A DNA stretch of 64,000 bases. It comes from Squalus acanthias. Taxonomy: Eukaryota. The notes beneath the pieces are model-generated. The model did no database searches and was not told where the DNA came from. It was given only the letters and a program-made list of their open reading frames with translations. Shown in pieces: positions 46,248-60,219 of this stretch (its first letter is position 1; each line of letters opens with the position of its first letter). The DNA lies in contig CM059431.1 of assembly GCA_030390025.1 (NCBI GenBank), forward strand, positions 149,236,001 to 149,300,000, written 5' to 3'. The position numbers and the translations under genes are program-made.

Positions 46248-49200
46248 GTCATAGCGATAGAGTTATAGAACACAGAAAGAGGCCCTTCGGCCCATCGCGT
46301 CCGCGCCAGCCATCAAGCCCTGTCTATTCTAATCCCATTTTCCAGCAATTGGTCCACAGCCTTGTATGCTATGGCGTTTCAAGTGCGCATATAAATGCTT
46401 CTTGAATGTTATGAGGGTTCCTGCCTCTACCATCCTTTCAGGCAGTGAGTTCCAGATTCCAACCACCCTCTGGCTGAAAAAGTGTTTCCTCAAATCCCCT
46501 CTAAACCTCCTGCACCTTACCTTGAATCTATGCCCCCAGGTTATTGACCTGTACTAAGGGGAAACGTTCCTATCTATCAACCCTCTCTATGGCCCTCAAA
46601 ATTTTGTACACCTCAATCTGGTCCACACTCAGCCATCTCTGCTCTAAGAAAAACAACCGCAGCCTGTCCAGTTTATCTTCATAGCAGAAGTGCTCCAGCC
46701 CAGGTAACATGCTGCTGAATCAGCTGTGCACCCTCTCAAATGCAATCACATCCTACCTATAGTGTGGCGACCAGTACTGCACTCAATGGCCTGATAAGCG
46801 TTCTATACCGCTCCATCATAAGCTCCCTTCTCTTATATTTAATGCCTCGGCTAATGAAGGCAAGTATCCCATATGCCTTTTTAACCACTTTAGCTACCTT
46901 TGATTCTGCCTTCAGCGATCTATCAAAATGCACACCAAGGTCCCTCTGATACTCCGTCATTCCTAGGGTCCTAGCATTCATTGTGTATTCCCTTGCCTTG
47001 TTAGTCCTCACAAAATGCATCACCTCACACTTTTCAGGGTTAAATTCCATCTGTCACTGTTCTGCCCATGTAAACAACCCGTTTATATCGTCCTGTGGCC
47101 TGAAGCTTCCTTCCTCGCTATTTACCACTCCACCAATGTTCGTGTCATCTGCGAATTTACTGATCATACCTCCTACATTCATATCTAATTCATTAATGTA
47201 AACTACAAACAGCAAAGCACCCAGCACAGATCCCTGTAGTACACCACTGGACACAGGATTCCAGCCACAAAAACAAACTTCGACCATCACCCTCTGCCTC
47301 TTGCCACTAAGCCAACTTTAGATCCAATGTGCCAAATTACCCTGGATCCCATGGGCTCTTACCTTCTTGACCAATCTCCCATGTGGGACTTTGTCAAATT
47401 CCTTACTGAAGTCCATGTAGAATCAGATATTTTTCCAATAATTTCCCTGTTTGGCTCACTGGCCTGTAATTCCCTGCTTTATCTATACTACCCTGCTTGA
47501 ACTATGGTACTACGTTAGCTGTTCTCCAGTCCTCTGCCAACTCCCCAGTGGCCAGAGGGGTTCTGACAATTTGTGCCAGAGACCCTGCAATCTTCTCCCT
47601 TGCCTCACAAAGTAGCCTGAGATACATCCCGTCAGGGCCTGGGGATTTATTCATGTTTAAGCTCGCTTACACCGCTAGTACCTCCTCCCTCTCAATAATA
47701 ATTTGTTCAAGTATAGAACAATCCCCCAACTTGATTTCTTTGCCTATATCTCCTTTTCCATAGTGAACACAGTGCAAAATACTAATTTAGAACATAATCT
47801 GCATCATCCTGCTCTACACAAAGATTGCCACATTGGTCCCCAATACGCCCTGCTCTTTCCCTGGTTATCCTCTTGCACTTAATATACTTATCATACATCT
47901 TGGGATTTTCCTTAATTTTGCACGCCAGTGTTTTTTAATGCCCCCTTTTCGCTTTCCTAATTTATTTTTTAAGTACCCCCCTGCACTTTCAATTCTCTTC
48001 TAGGGCTTCGAATGTTTTTAGTCCTTTGTATCTGCAAAAAGCCTCCCTTTTTTTCTAATCCATTCTTGTATATCCCTTGACATCCAGGTTTCCCTGGTCT
48101 TGTTGGTCCCACCTTTGACCTCTACGGGAACATGTTGGTGTTGTTCTCTGTCTATTTCCTTTCTGAAAGACTCATACTACTCTGATGTGGATTTTCCTAT
48201 AAATAGCTGATCCCAGTCCACTTTGGCCAGATCCTGCCTTACCTTATTAAAATCGGCCATTCCCCAATTTAGAACTTTTATTTCCTGTCCATTTTTGTCC
48301 TTTTCGTGGACTACCTTAAATCTCACCGATTTATGGTCACTCTCACCAAAAAGCTCTCCTGCTGACATTTCTACCACTTGCCCGGCTACATTTCCTACAA
48401 TTACTTCGAGTCCCGCCCCCTCTCTTGTAGGACTTTCTACATGCTGGCAAAAAAAGCTCTCCTGGATGCACTTTAAGAATTCTGCACCCTCTAAGTCTTT
48501 CACACTTTGGCTCTCCTAGTTAATATTGGGAAAGATGAAATCCCCTACTATTATTACCCTATTATTTCTACACTTCCCTGAGGTTTGCCGACATATCTGT
48601 TCCTCTATCTCCCCCTGAATCTTTGGGGGCCTATAGACACTCCCAGCAAAGTGCTTGCCCGCTTTTTGTTTTTAAGTTCTACCCATATGGCCTCATTAGA
48701 GGAAACTGCTAAGATATCATCCTTCCTTACAGCAGAAATTGACTCCTTGATTAATACTGCGAAACCACCTCCTCTTTTTCACCCACCTCTGTCTCGCCTG
48801 AAGGTTCTATATCCCGGAATATTGAGCTGCTAATCCTGCCCCTTACTCAGCCATGTTTCTGTGATAGCAACAATATACTACTCCCATATTTTCATCAACA
48901 CCTTGAATTCATTTGCCTTACTCGCAACACTCCTTGCATTAAAATAAATGCCATCGAGCCTTGCCATACTCCATTGTGCCGTTACATATTTGCTCAGCAT
49001 TCCAGGCTGACTTGTTTTTTCCTATTTATTTGGGTGTGCATCACCCCTACTATAGCTGCACTCCGTATCCCATTCCCCTGCCAAGTTAGTTTAACCGCTC
49101 CCCCACCACCCCACCCCCGCCCCCCGTAACAGTACTAGCAAACCTCCCGCAAGAATGTTGGTCCCGTTACAGTTCAGGTGCAACCCGTCTGACTTGTTCA

Positions 49201-50540
49201 GGCCCCAACTTCCCCAGAAGCAGACCCAGTGATCCAGGAAACTAAAGCCCTCCCTCCTGCACCAACTGTTTAACCACGCTTTCATTTGCTCTATCCTCCT
49301 ACTCCTAAACTCACTAGCACGTGCCAGCAGGAGTAAACCATAGATTACAACCTTGGAGGTCCTGCTTTTTAATCAGCTACCGAGCTCCCTAAATTCAGGA
49401 TACAGGACCTCATCCCTCTTTCTACCCATGTCGTTAGTACCAATGTGAACCACGCAATCTGACTGTTCGCCCTCCCTCTTTACAATGCCCTGTCGCTGTT
49501 CAATAACATCCTTCAACCTCGTACCATGGTGTCACGTCTGCAGCCACAGAAACGTCTATCTGTTCCCCTTACGATAGAATCCACTATCACTCTTGCTCTC
49601 CCACACTTTTACCTTCCCTCCTGTGCAGCTGAGCCACTAGTAGTGCCACAGACTTGGCTTTTGCTGCATTCCCCTGAGAGACCATCTCCCCCATCAGTAT
49701 CCAGAATGGAAAATCAGTCGGAGATGGAGATGGACCCAGGGGACTCCAGCACTAACTTCCTAGTTCTTTTACTCTGTCTGGTCGTCACCCATTCCCTGTC
49801 TGCATGTGCACTCTTTACCTGCGGTGTGACCACCTCGTTCAACGGGCTATCCACGAAGATCTCAGCTTCGTGGATGCTCCACAGTGACTCCAGCAGCAGC
49901 TCCAGCTCCGAAACGCGGATTTCGAGTAGATGCACTTGGAGACACTTCCTGCAGATATGTTTGCCTGGACACCTAAAGTGTCTATGACTTCCCACAAAGC
50001 ACAGGAGGAGCACTCAACTCAGCCGAGCTGCCCTGCCATGTCCAGCCCTTAATTTACTCCACTGAGTTCCTTTAAATTAAAGAATACTAAATACACCAGG
50101 GACCTTACCTCCCTTTAAATAATACTTAATCGAAATTAGCGTCCTAACATTTACTTTAACGACTGGACTGTAGAAAAAATAACCAGGTCTGACTGACCAA
50201 TCAGCTCCTTCCCTGGTTGTGACGTCACGTCAGCAGTTTCGCAGTTGTTGTTTTTTGATTGCTCCCGCTCTCGGAATCTTTCCTTGGTGTAAAGTAAGAA
50301 CCAGTTCCTTCAGAAAAACAAAGGCGAAGCAAGGGAGGACCTCCTTCCACACCGCACCTAACTCTGTGACTCACCCAACTCGCAGCCCTCTGTTTAAACC
50401 GCACTCAGTGCAAAATCGCACTCCAAAGCCTGTTTTTATAGGCCCTCAAACAAAGGAACTTGCTGAGTTCTGCTACAGGAGAACCAGTTTATTCTTGTTT
50501 CCCTAATTAACTGCCTTCAGCTGCTCTGAATTATAGGCCT
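46248..50540 (-). mobile_element. Near full-length CR1 LINE with internal deletion (tail, ORF2, ORF1, 5'UTR)
   Basis: MEFNPEKCEVMHF, FADDT, SDHKSVRF, esterase DGLHLN and ORF1 HICRKC. The 5'UTR ccaatcagctcc...gtgacgtcac is homologous to 662-695. Confidence 0.9.
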
Positions 50541-50559
50541 TGTACTTTTTTTGAGTCAA

Positions 50560-53500
50560 CATAATACAACGGTAAATTAACAAAACTTCACATGAAATTT
50601 ATCTCATTAAAGTAAAATAACATTGTCCCGGGCGACGATGCACTCCAGTCCCTGCGGCGCCCACCAGTCTCGGAAGGCTTCAAGTGTGCCGGCGAACACC
50701 GCGTGCTCCAACTCCAGGGCCACGGATGAGAGGTAGCCAATTGGGCCGAATGACCCCCTCGACTGCCCGCTGCCTGGACCTGTTAATGTCCACTTTGGCC
50801 AGGCTTGGGAGCAGTCCTACGAGGAGGTCCTCCGACCTGCTCTCTCCCCTCCGCACCGGGTGATGTAGATCAGAGCGTGGGACTGAAGTGCAACCAAAAA
50901 GAGAGGAGCAGCCCATTCAAATATTCAAAGAGGGGCTGTAACCTCTCTCATTGTACGTACACGTGGAACACGGACTCCTCGAGGCCGCAAAAAAGGCAGG
51001 TGGCCTGGGAGTCCGTGAACCTACATAAAAACTGATTGCACGGGACTGCTCCGTGCAACATTCTCCAGGCCAAGTCCCAAATAGAAAAGGGGAGGACCCC
51101 CGCGTAGAGAGCCCTTATTGGGGACCTTCACCTCCGCTGGAAGGCAAGATGGCACGCCAAGGCGTGTCCGGACGGCAGGCGAATATGACAAAGTGGAAAG
51201 TGTGCATGAGTAGCTCGTACAGGAAACACCTCCGTGCAGAACTGAAGGGCAAAGAGGGCATTTCCCCAAGACGGCTCAAGTTGTGAGGCACCGGTTCCTG
51301 AGAGGGGTTTCGGGGCCATGCGCCAATGAGTAATTCCGTCCGAACAGAGGTCAGTTCGGACGGGATCGCCCCACGTGCTTGAGCCTCCTCGATACACCTA
51401 GTGGAGTCCGGGCCCAGTGCCACTTTCAGCGACTCGATGGCTTTGGTCGCGCGCCAGACGTCGCCCAAGGAGAGGCCCCACGCCAACTTCTCTGGCGCCA
51501 TCAATTCCGCTGCTCCACCATAGAGCAGGTCCCCGACTCTGGTCACCTTGCCAGGCACAGCCCTGCCCTCCGCCAGCCACCCGATACGTCGGAGATGGAG
51601 GTGCGGATTCCTGAGCAGCGGCTCCCGAAGGAGAGCCGCCACTCCTGACGGGGGAGAAATCCGCCTGGAGGCGACCTGGTTCCAGTCCCATAGCAGTTCC
51701 TGTTAGAAGGCAGGCAGCTCCCACAGGTAGGCTCGCATGCGGCCCAATTCCACAAACAGGAGCTGCGTGTCATAGTTGAGGCCGTGCATCTGGCGGAAGA
51801 AATACGTCGCCAACGCACACCATCTGGGAGGATTCTTGACGTAAATGTACCTCTGCAGCATCTGAAGATGGAAAGTCACCGCCTGGGTGCAAAGGCACAC
51901 CAGCGCCTGACCGCCCTCCCTAAGCGGGAAACACAGAACCGCGGCAGAGACCCAGTGCTTCCTTTTGTCCCAGAAGAAGTCGATGAGCATCTTCTGTATC
52001 TTGGTGACAAACGCAGGGTGCGGGATCAAAGTGACCAACCGGTACCAAAACATGGCGGCCACCAGCTGGATTATGACCAGCGCTCGACCCCTGTAGGACA
52101 AGACTCGGAGCAACCCCGTCCAGCGTCCTTGGCGAGCGGTGACTTTGGCCTCCAGCTCTTGCCAGTTCGCTGACCAGGTGTCCTCGGCCGGGCCGAGGTA
52201 GACTCCCAAGTAGAGGAGGTGCGTTGTACTACAGGCGAAGGGCCTGAACTCCTCCGCCACTGGCCCACCTGGAGTCCAGAACATTTCTCCCAGTTGATCC
52301 TGGCGGAGGATCCGCCCGAATAAATCTGCTGGCATTCTCACATTCTCGCAAGTCGTTGGGATCCGTGACCATGTGGAGCACGTCATCGGTGTAAGCCGAG
52401 TGGACGACCTCCACGCCCGGCCCTTGCAGAGCCAGTACCCGTCAACCTCTTCCACAAGGGGCACAGGAAAGGCTCCACGCAAACGGCAGATAACTGACCG
52501 GACATGGGGCATCTCTGACGTGCCCCCCTCCCAAAGCGAAGGGGCGACGTCAAAGACACGTTAATTTTAATCAGACACTCCGCGGCTGCGTACATAAGTC
52601 GGATCCGGGCAACGAAATGCGTCCCGAACCTGAATGCGCGCAGAGTTCCGAAAAGATACTCGTGATCCACCCTGTCGAACGCCTTCTCCTGATCCAGGGA
52701 AAGGAAGGCGACCGACAGACCAGCCCTCTGGGAAAGGTGGACCAGGTCCCGGACCAGATGGATGTTGTCGTGGATTGTCCGGCCCGGGACCGTGTAGGAT
52801 TAGTCGGGGTGGATCATGTGGGCTAGCACGGTGCCGAGGCGGGCAGACATGGCCCTGGCCAAAATTTTATAGTCCGTGCTGAGGAGGGAGACCGTGCGCC
52901 AGTTTTTTAAAAGGCGGAGTTCGCCCCTCTTGGGCAGCAGGACGATGACCGCCCTGCGCCAAGAGAGGGGCATCTCCCCGGTCGCCAGACTTTCCCCCAG
53001 GACCCGCGCGCAGTTGCCCCCCAAGACGTCCCAGAACGCCGTGTGGTACTCCACGGTCAGCCCTACCAGCCCCGGGGACATTCCCATCGAGAGATGGCTG
53101 AGGGCGCCGGTCAGCTCCGCCATGCTTAGCGGAGCGTCCAATTCTTCGGCGCCCTCCGGGCCGACCCTCGGCAGGTCCTCCCACAAAACTCTGCACGCAG
53201 CCTCGCTGGACGGATCCGGAGAGAACAGAACCCCGTAATAGGCCCGGGTCTCCGCGCTGAACCCTCCGGATCCGAGAGCAGAGATCTGTCATCGGTCAGC
53301 AGCCTCAAGAGCTGCTTACGGACACCCCGTTTTTTTTCCAGGGAGCAGAAGAAGGGGGAGCCACGGTCAAGTTCCCGGAGGAACTGGATCCGCGAACTGA
53401 CCTATGCGCCTCGGGACCCGAGGAGCTGCAGGTGCTTCAGCGCGCCCTTCTTCTCTTTATACACCTTCCGCAGGGCCGGGTCTTCGACGACTTGACCGAA

Positions 53501-56500
53501 ACGGGACTCCAGGTCGAGCACCACCCTGTCCAAACGCCCGACCCGAGCCTCCCGCCTCTTGGACGACCCCCTCGCGTACTCTTGACAGAAGAGACGGACA
53601 TGAGCATTGCCCACGTCCCGCCATAGCCTCATTGAGGAGAAGCTACCCTGCTTCCTTCTCCAGTCGGCCCACAACTGGCGAAACGAATCCCGGAACCGCA
53701 CTTCCTCCAGCAGCAGGTTGTTAAAATGCCTATACGCGGACCCCCCCGGCGCCTGCAACGGAGCGAGCTCCGCCCACACCAGGTGGTGGTCCATGCACAG
53801 CACCGGCCGCATGGAAGCCGCCGGAACGCAGGAGACGTACGCCCGGAAAATATAGAGGCGGTCGATTCTGGACGTTCCTCCTCCAGACCCCACCCAAGTG
53901 AAGGCCCTGGAGTCGGGATGGAGATTTCGCCAGACGTCCACCAAGTCGAAGGACCCGACCAGGCCCCTCAACTTCACCATCGCCGCCAGGCTTCGTGGAG
54001 GACCCGAACGGTCCCTCGCCTCGAGGGTACAATTAAAATCCCCCCCGAGGATGACGCACTCGCCGACGTCGATGGTGCCCAGAAGAGCGGACACTGCTTC
54101 GAAGAAGCGCACTTGCCGCGCACCGGCCTGGCGGGCGTACACGTTCACTAAATGGAGCAGCACGCCCCCCAGGCAAACAGTGACCTGGAGCAAGCAGACC
54201 GGCACATGCTCCTTGAACCCCAAGATCTCCGGCTGAAAATGCGGGGCCAGCAAGATAGCCACCCCGCCGGAAATGTTGGAGAGGTGACTCATGCTGACCC
54301 CTCCTCGCCTCCCCAGGAGCCACGTAGTCTCGTCTCCCGGAACGGTGTGAGTTTCCGGCAGGAAACACACCACATGCCTCCCTTCCCGAAGGGCCGAGAA
54401 GTTATTAAATCTACGGCGTTCCTCTCTGCTTCCATTGATGTTGAGGCTGGCTATGGTTATCTTCATAACAAGAGCATAATGCAACCTCTACCGTACTCTA
54501 ACGGGAAAAGGGAGCACATCCGGTATTCGACCGCCACTCCCTTCTAAGCCCAGCGAGGAACTTCCGGATCTGACGCCGCTCGGCCGGGCCCACGCTCCAG
54601 TCCGCGCCCATGGTTTTGACGGCGGCACGGACAGAGCAAACGAGCAGCGCCAGATCCGACCATTTATCAAAGGCCAGCCGGATTATATCGTGGCGACCCT
54701 GGTCCATGGCCACAAAGTCCCGGAGTTCCACAACGGGGATGAGGGGGGACCCGGAGGGGGGCACAAGGGTATCTGCCGCCTCGCTGGCGACTGTTTCCAT
54801 GTCATCCTCAGTGTCCTCCGCCGGGTCCCTGTCGTCCTCCGGGGGGTCGCCATCAGCTGGCCCTACATCTACCCCGATCCCAACCCCAGGATCGGCGGCA
54901 GAGGAGTCCTCCCTGGGCTCCTCCAGAATCGCCGGGTCAGGAAGCGGCGGCGGCTCAGTGCCCCCCTCCGCCCCCAGCACCTAGGTGCACGGGGAAACCG
55001 GGGAGTACATTAATGCCAGTACCCCCAACACCCCGGGCGCCAGCGTCGGAGACGGAGCCAGGGGGCCTTCCTCTTCACCGACACCATTCACTGACCCAGT
55101 GGACCGGGGACCTTGATTTAATTGCTGCACCTGGTCGAGCAGCAACTGGGAGTAGTCCTGACCGTATACGGCGGGCTCAGCCTCATTGGCCTCGCCCACC
55201 CCGGTACCCAGGACGCCCGACCTGGCGAGAAACAACGGTTCCATATATTGTCCCACTGCGGGTAGTTCCGCAGCACCCCCCCCCCCCCCCCCCCCCCCAC
55301 GAGCAGGGTCTCTTCACCATCCCCGGGAGGCACAGGCTGGACAGACTCATCTGATGTGCCCTCCCGGGGGACAGGCGACCCCTGCCGGATGTCGGTGACT
55401 GTGACGGTGTTAGTGGGGTGGGGGGGCGCAGCACCCGCGGCGAGCGACGACTCCCCTTGCGATGGGGGATCCGGTTCCTCATGGTCCTCCTCCTCCTCCA
55501 GGGCATCGCGCTTCCTTTTCAGTGTGGAGGGACACGGAGGTTGTGAGAACTCCATGTGTACCGAGGCCTCCTCCTCCACTCCCCCCTGTCGATCGGCTTG
55601 CTCGGGGGGCTCGGGCCCGGTCACGGCCGCAGGTCTCGATTCTGCCACCTGGGCAGTTGCGGCCGCAGGCCCGGGCACGAGGCCACTCACACTCTCGAAC
55701 TCCGCCACCACCCGCGCAATGTACGGGGGCGTAAGCTCGGGTAAATCATCGTGTACATCTAGGGGGCCCGCCTGAAGGTGTTTAGTTTTCCTCCGCACTT
55801 TCCTTCCGATCGGACGCTCCCGCTCCCCTCTGCCGGAGTCCGTGAAGTCATCGACCTCCGGCGTCGACCGCGCATCAGGTGTCGCGGATGCGCGGACAGA
55901 AACAGGGGGAGGAGCGGCGGCGGCGCCAGCCTTGGCCGCCTCAGATGTCTTGGCGGCCTTGGAGGCGCGGCAGTTCTTTCTTATATGCCCCACCTCCTTA
56001 CAGGCGTGGCACCGCACACCGTCCGATGTCCAGAAGACGCAGTAGGCGGTCCCCTCGTGTTGGTCGCTAAACGCACCTTCTGTGTCCTCCTCCCGCACCA
56101 GCTGGATAAACAGCAAGCGGATCCACCGGCAGAAAGGTCCCGCCCACGGTAAGCCCCATGGTGACGGCCAGGGCCACCGCCCGCTCCGACCCCAGGAAGA
56201 ACACAGCCTTTCTGTACATTTTAGAGGCCACTACGATGGCTGAGGGGCCGACTAACCCAGCCATGGCTTTGACGCAAGCCTCTATGGTCATGTTGGGGTG
56301 AGTCAAGCTCTTCACCCCCAGCTTTTTGGTCAATAGCCTGAAAGGCGACGGGGCAGCATAAGCAGCGGGATCAGCTGTAGCCGTGGCTGCCACACCCGCG
56401 TACGACCTTGCTGGCCCCGTCGCCGGCGAAGATGTGCTCGCCATAACAAGGTGTTATAAAGGGCTACACTCACCCCAAGTCACAGGCCCGGTGATGTTTG

Positions 56501-57443
56501 AAATGTCCTTGTTTTTTTTTACTTATCCCCGATCAGAAGGAGTTGTTTTAAAAATGAAGGCACACCTCTCCCTTTGATAATTGGAATTGGGAGAGGGGCC
56601 TTCTCCCCTCTGCTCAATTGGGTAATTAATAAAATTAGATGTGCCTCGTTAGAGAGAGAGAGGCAGATAGAGAGAGAGAGAGAGTGAGAGGGGGAAGGAA
56701 GGAGGGAGGCCGTAGGGGCCTGTTCGCTACTCAGGATAGTGGGTGGGTGGGTGCTTCCAGTGGGGCACTCTCCGATGTTAATTATAGTCTTTGTTGATGA
56801 TCTTCTGGTGGGGGGAGAAGATGTCTTCACCTGGAAAAAAAATAAAGCTGGAGATGCCCAGGCTCAGTCCACCACCACGTCTTAACGATGTTGTAGATGG
56901 GGAAACAGCTTGATGAATTTGACTGGGCAGCTCCAGCTGTCCCAGGTGAAGCAATAGGCAAGGGGTGCTTGTTGATGGTGTGCGTGGCCTAGATATTAGC
57001 AACAGCCACATACACCAACACACACCCCTTGTTATCCCGGTCTTCTACTTCTTCTTTCTTCCCCCCCACCTCAAATACAAAGTCTTTTGGAGAGTGCCCT
57101 TTTTAACACACACCTCTAGATTTTATTCTCCTCGATGGCTCGGTCTCCCTCCTTCCAAGCAGGTGTTGGTTTTGTTTCTCCTCTCTACCTCTCTCGTAAT
57201 GGAGACCAGTTGGGGAGCCAGAGACGGAATGGCCTCCCTCTGTTGTTGTTATTGGTCTCCTTTCCTCTCTCCTCTCCTCTCTCCCCTCTGGCACATCAGC
57301 AGTAGAAGTTGCTGTAGTTGTGGCTTGTAGCTGCAGGTGTGGTGGAGGTGGAAAGGGTCTCCACTCTGTCCTTCGTCGCTCTGTTCTTCTTTCTCCTCCT
57401 CCCTGACTCACCCACCTCACTGCACTCTGTGCAAACCGCACTC
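50560..57443 (-). mobile_element. Near full-length Tx1-clade LINE (ORF1 with zinc knuckle; ORF2 APE-RT-Cys motif), frameshifted
   Basis: ORF1 from 56444 with CHACKEVGHIRKNC. ORF2 IASLNING, ILGGDFNC, RIDRLY, LKNWRTVSLLSTDYKILA, AYTDDV, YLGVYLG. GC/CpG-rich. Confidence 0.92.
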
Positions 57444-57640
57444 ACATTCGTGAACCAGATGTGTTTTTACTACAATCCGGTAGTTTCAAGGTTACCATTC
57501 CTGACACTCTCATTTTATTATAGATTTGTTTAATTAATGTAATTTAATTCCCCAGCTGGTGGGATTTGAACGACAGGATATTTCGTTCCGGCATCTGGTT
57601 TACTAGTTCAGCAACAAAACAACTATCCTACCGTACCCTT
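57444..57640 (-). mobile_element. SINE 5' part with tRNA-derived head
   Basis: acattcgtgaaccagatg...; B-box-like GTTCAAATCC on the minus strand at ~57562-57571. Confidence 0.7.
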
Positions 57641-57835
57641 CAAATATATCGCCGTTCCTTCATCGTCACTGGGTCAAAAGCCTGAAATTCCTTCCATAAA
57701 AGAATTGTGAAAGCATCTTCACCACACGGACTGCAGCGGCTAAAGATGAAGGACCACCATTTTATCATAGGAAACTAGGGTTGGGCAAGCAATACCGGCC
57801 TTAACAGCCGCACCAATATTCTGAGAACAAATAAA
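57641..57835 (+). mobile_element. LINE 3' end, same family as 20410-20720
   Basis: atatatcgccgttccttcatcgtcactgggtcaaaa... Confidence 0.65.
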
Positions 57836-58009
57836 TATAAATAATAAAATGGGAATAAAATCAATGATTTTGTATTTCATTGTTTGAAACCAGACGAGAC
57901 CTATGATCCTTGTGGACGTCATGCTCTGCTACACAATTTATCAAAATTAACTTGGCTCATCAATTCTATGGTTTTATGATTGATATTACGCACACTTTCC
58001 CAATTTCCC

Positions 58010-60165
58010 TATCTTTTCAAAAGGTGTTTGATAAACTAACACATAATACCAAAATTGAAGCCCGTGGGATTAAAGGGGCAGTGGAAATATGGCTCGGAAA
58101 TTGGCTAAGAGACAGAAAGTAGTGGTAAATGGTTGTTTTTCAAAGAGGATGGCAGTATAATATGGGGTTCCCCAATGGTCGGCAAATGGTCAATTGCGCT
58201 TTTCATGTATATTAATGCCATGGACTTTTGTATACAGCACATAATTTCAATTTTTTCAGTTGATAGGAAACTCGGAAATATTAATTATCAGTGAGAAGGG
58301 TAGTTACAGACTTCAGGAGCATACAGATAGACTGATGAAATGGGGAGTTACATGGCAGAAACAATTTAACAGAGAGGAATGTGAAGTGATACATTTTGGT
58401 AGGAAGTATGAGCAGAGGCAATATAAACTAAACGGTACAATTTTAAAGTGGGTGCACGATCAGACAGACGTGGGGAGTACTAAAGAATGTTTTGAAGGTG
58501 GCAGGACAAATTGCGACAACTGCTAATAAACCAGATAGTGCCCTTGGCTTTACAAACAGCGACACAGAGTAACACAATCCAGGAAGAAATGCTAACCTTT
58601 TCTAAATCACTGGTTAGGCCGCAGCTGGAGCATTGTGTCCAATTCTGGGCACCACACTTTGCAAGCATATCAAGGATTAGAGAAGGTGTAGGGATTTACC
58701 AGAAAGGTACCAGGGATCTGGGACTTCAGTTACATGGAGAGGCTGGAGCATCTGGGATTGTTCTTTTTAGAGCAGCGAAGGTTAAGGAAAATAGAATCAC
58801 AGAATCATAGAAATGTGCAGCATAGAAGAAGCCATTCGGCCCATCTTGTCTGCGCCGGTCGCAAAAGAGCTATCCAGACTAATCCCACTTTCCAGCTCTT
58901 GGTCCGTAGCCTTGCAAGTTGTGGCACTTCAAGTGCACATCCAAGTACTTTTTAATGTGATGAGGGTTTCTGCCTCTATCACCCTTTCAGGCAGTGAGTT
59001 CCAGATCCCCACCACACACTGGGTAAATGGAATTCTCAACTCTCCTCGAAATCTTCTCTGTGAAGGGATAGCTGCTTACTAACCACTCTATCTAGGCCGC
59101 TCATAATTTTATGGACTCCCTCAACCTCCTCTGCATTTTGGAGATCTAGCATAACCTCTCTGCTGTTATATTCTAAGCCTCGGCTAATAAAATTGCTTAT
59201 CCTGTATACCTTCTTAAATACCAACCTACCTGTCCTGCTACTTCACGGATCTGTGGACAAGCACGTCAAGTCGCTCTGTTCCTCTCCAATCCTCCGTATT
59301 CTACTAATTATTGTGCACTCCCTTGCAATGTTAGCCCTCCCCACTTCTCCGAATTGACTTCCATTTGACACTTTTCTGTCCACCTGACCAGACCATTGAT
59401 ATCTTCCTGCAGTCTACAGCTTTCTTCCTCACTATCAATCACACGGCCAATTTTTGTATAATCCGCAAACTTCTTAATCATCGAGGTCCAAATCATTGAT
59501 ATATACCACAAACTGCAAGGACCTGGTACAGAATCCTGCAGAAACCCATGGAAACAGCCTTCCAGACACAAAAACCTCAATCGGACATTACCCTTTGCAT
59601 CCTGCCACTGAGCCAATTTTGGATCCAACTTGCAACTTTCCCTTGGATCCCGTGGGATTTTACTTTTTTTTTACCATCCTGTCATTTTGGATGTTGTCAA
59701 ATGCCTTGCTAATATCTATGGGGACTGCATGTAATGCAGTACCCTCACAGATCCTCCTCGTTACCTCCCTATCAAATTCAATCAAGTTACACAGATACAA
59801 CCTTATCTTGTCTATCTTAACAGCCTGGGATACATTTCATCTGGGCCTTGTGACTTATCTACTTTCAAAGAAAAAAAACCTCTTAATAGTTCCACTCTCT
59901 TTATGTTCTTCCTATCTAATATTTCACAGTCTTCCTCTTTAACTACAATGTCTGCATTATCCTTCTTTTCTGTGAAGACAGACGAAATGTATTCCTCAGG
60001 AAGCATATCCATGTCTTCCACCTCCACACAGATGTTATCTTAATGGTCTCTAAAAGGCCCTACTCTTTCCTCAGTTATCGACTTGCAATTTATTTATTTA
60101 TAAAACATCTTTGGGCTTTCCTTGATTTAACGTGTTAATATTTTTTAAATGCCCTCACTTTGCCA
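58010..60165. mobile_element. Cluster of degenerate CR1 fragments (plus ~58010-58788; minus ~58790-60165)
   Basis: FQKVFDKL, LVRPQLEHCVQFWAPH, atagaatcacagaatcatagaa tail, KKFADYTKIG, KSQGPDEMYPRLL. Confidence 0.8.
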
Positions 60166-60219
60166 TCACTGAGACATGCCTACCGAAAATTCATGATTTA
60201 GATTAAATATTTTTTGTTT

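Noticed and set aside
50600..56450. CpG island or horizontally acquired GC-rich gene cluster with many overlapping ORFs
   Set aside because: Fully explained by Tx1 ORF1/ORF2; the other ORFs are GC-rich shadow frames.
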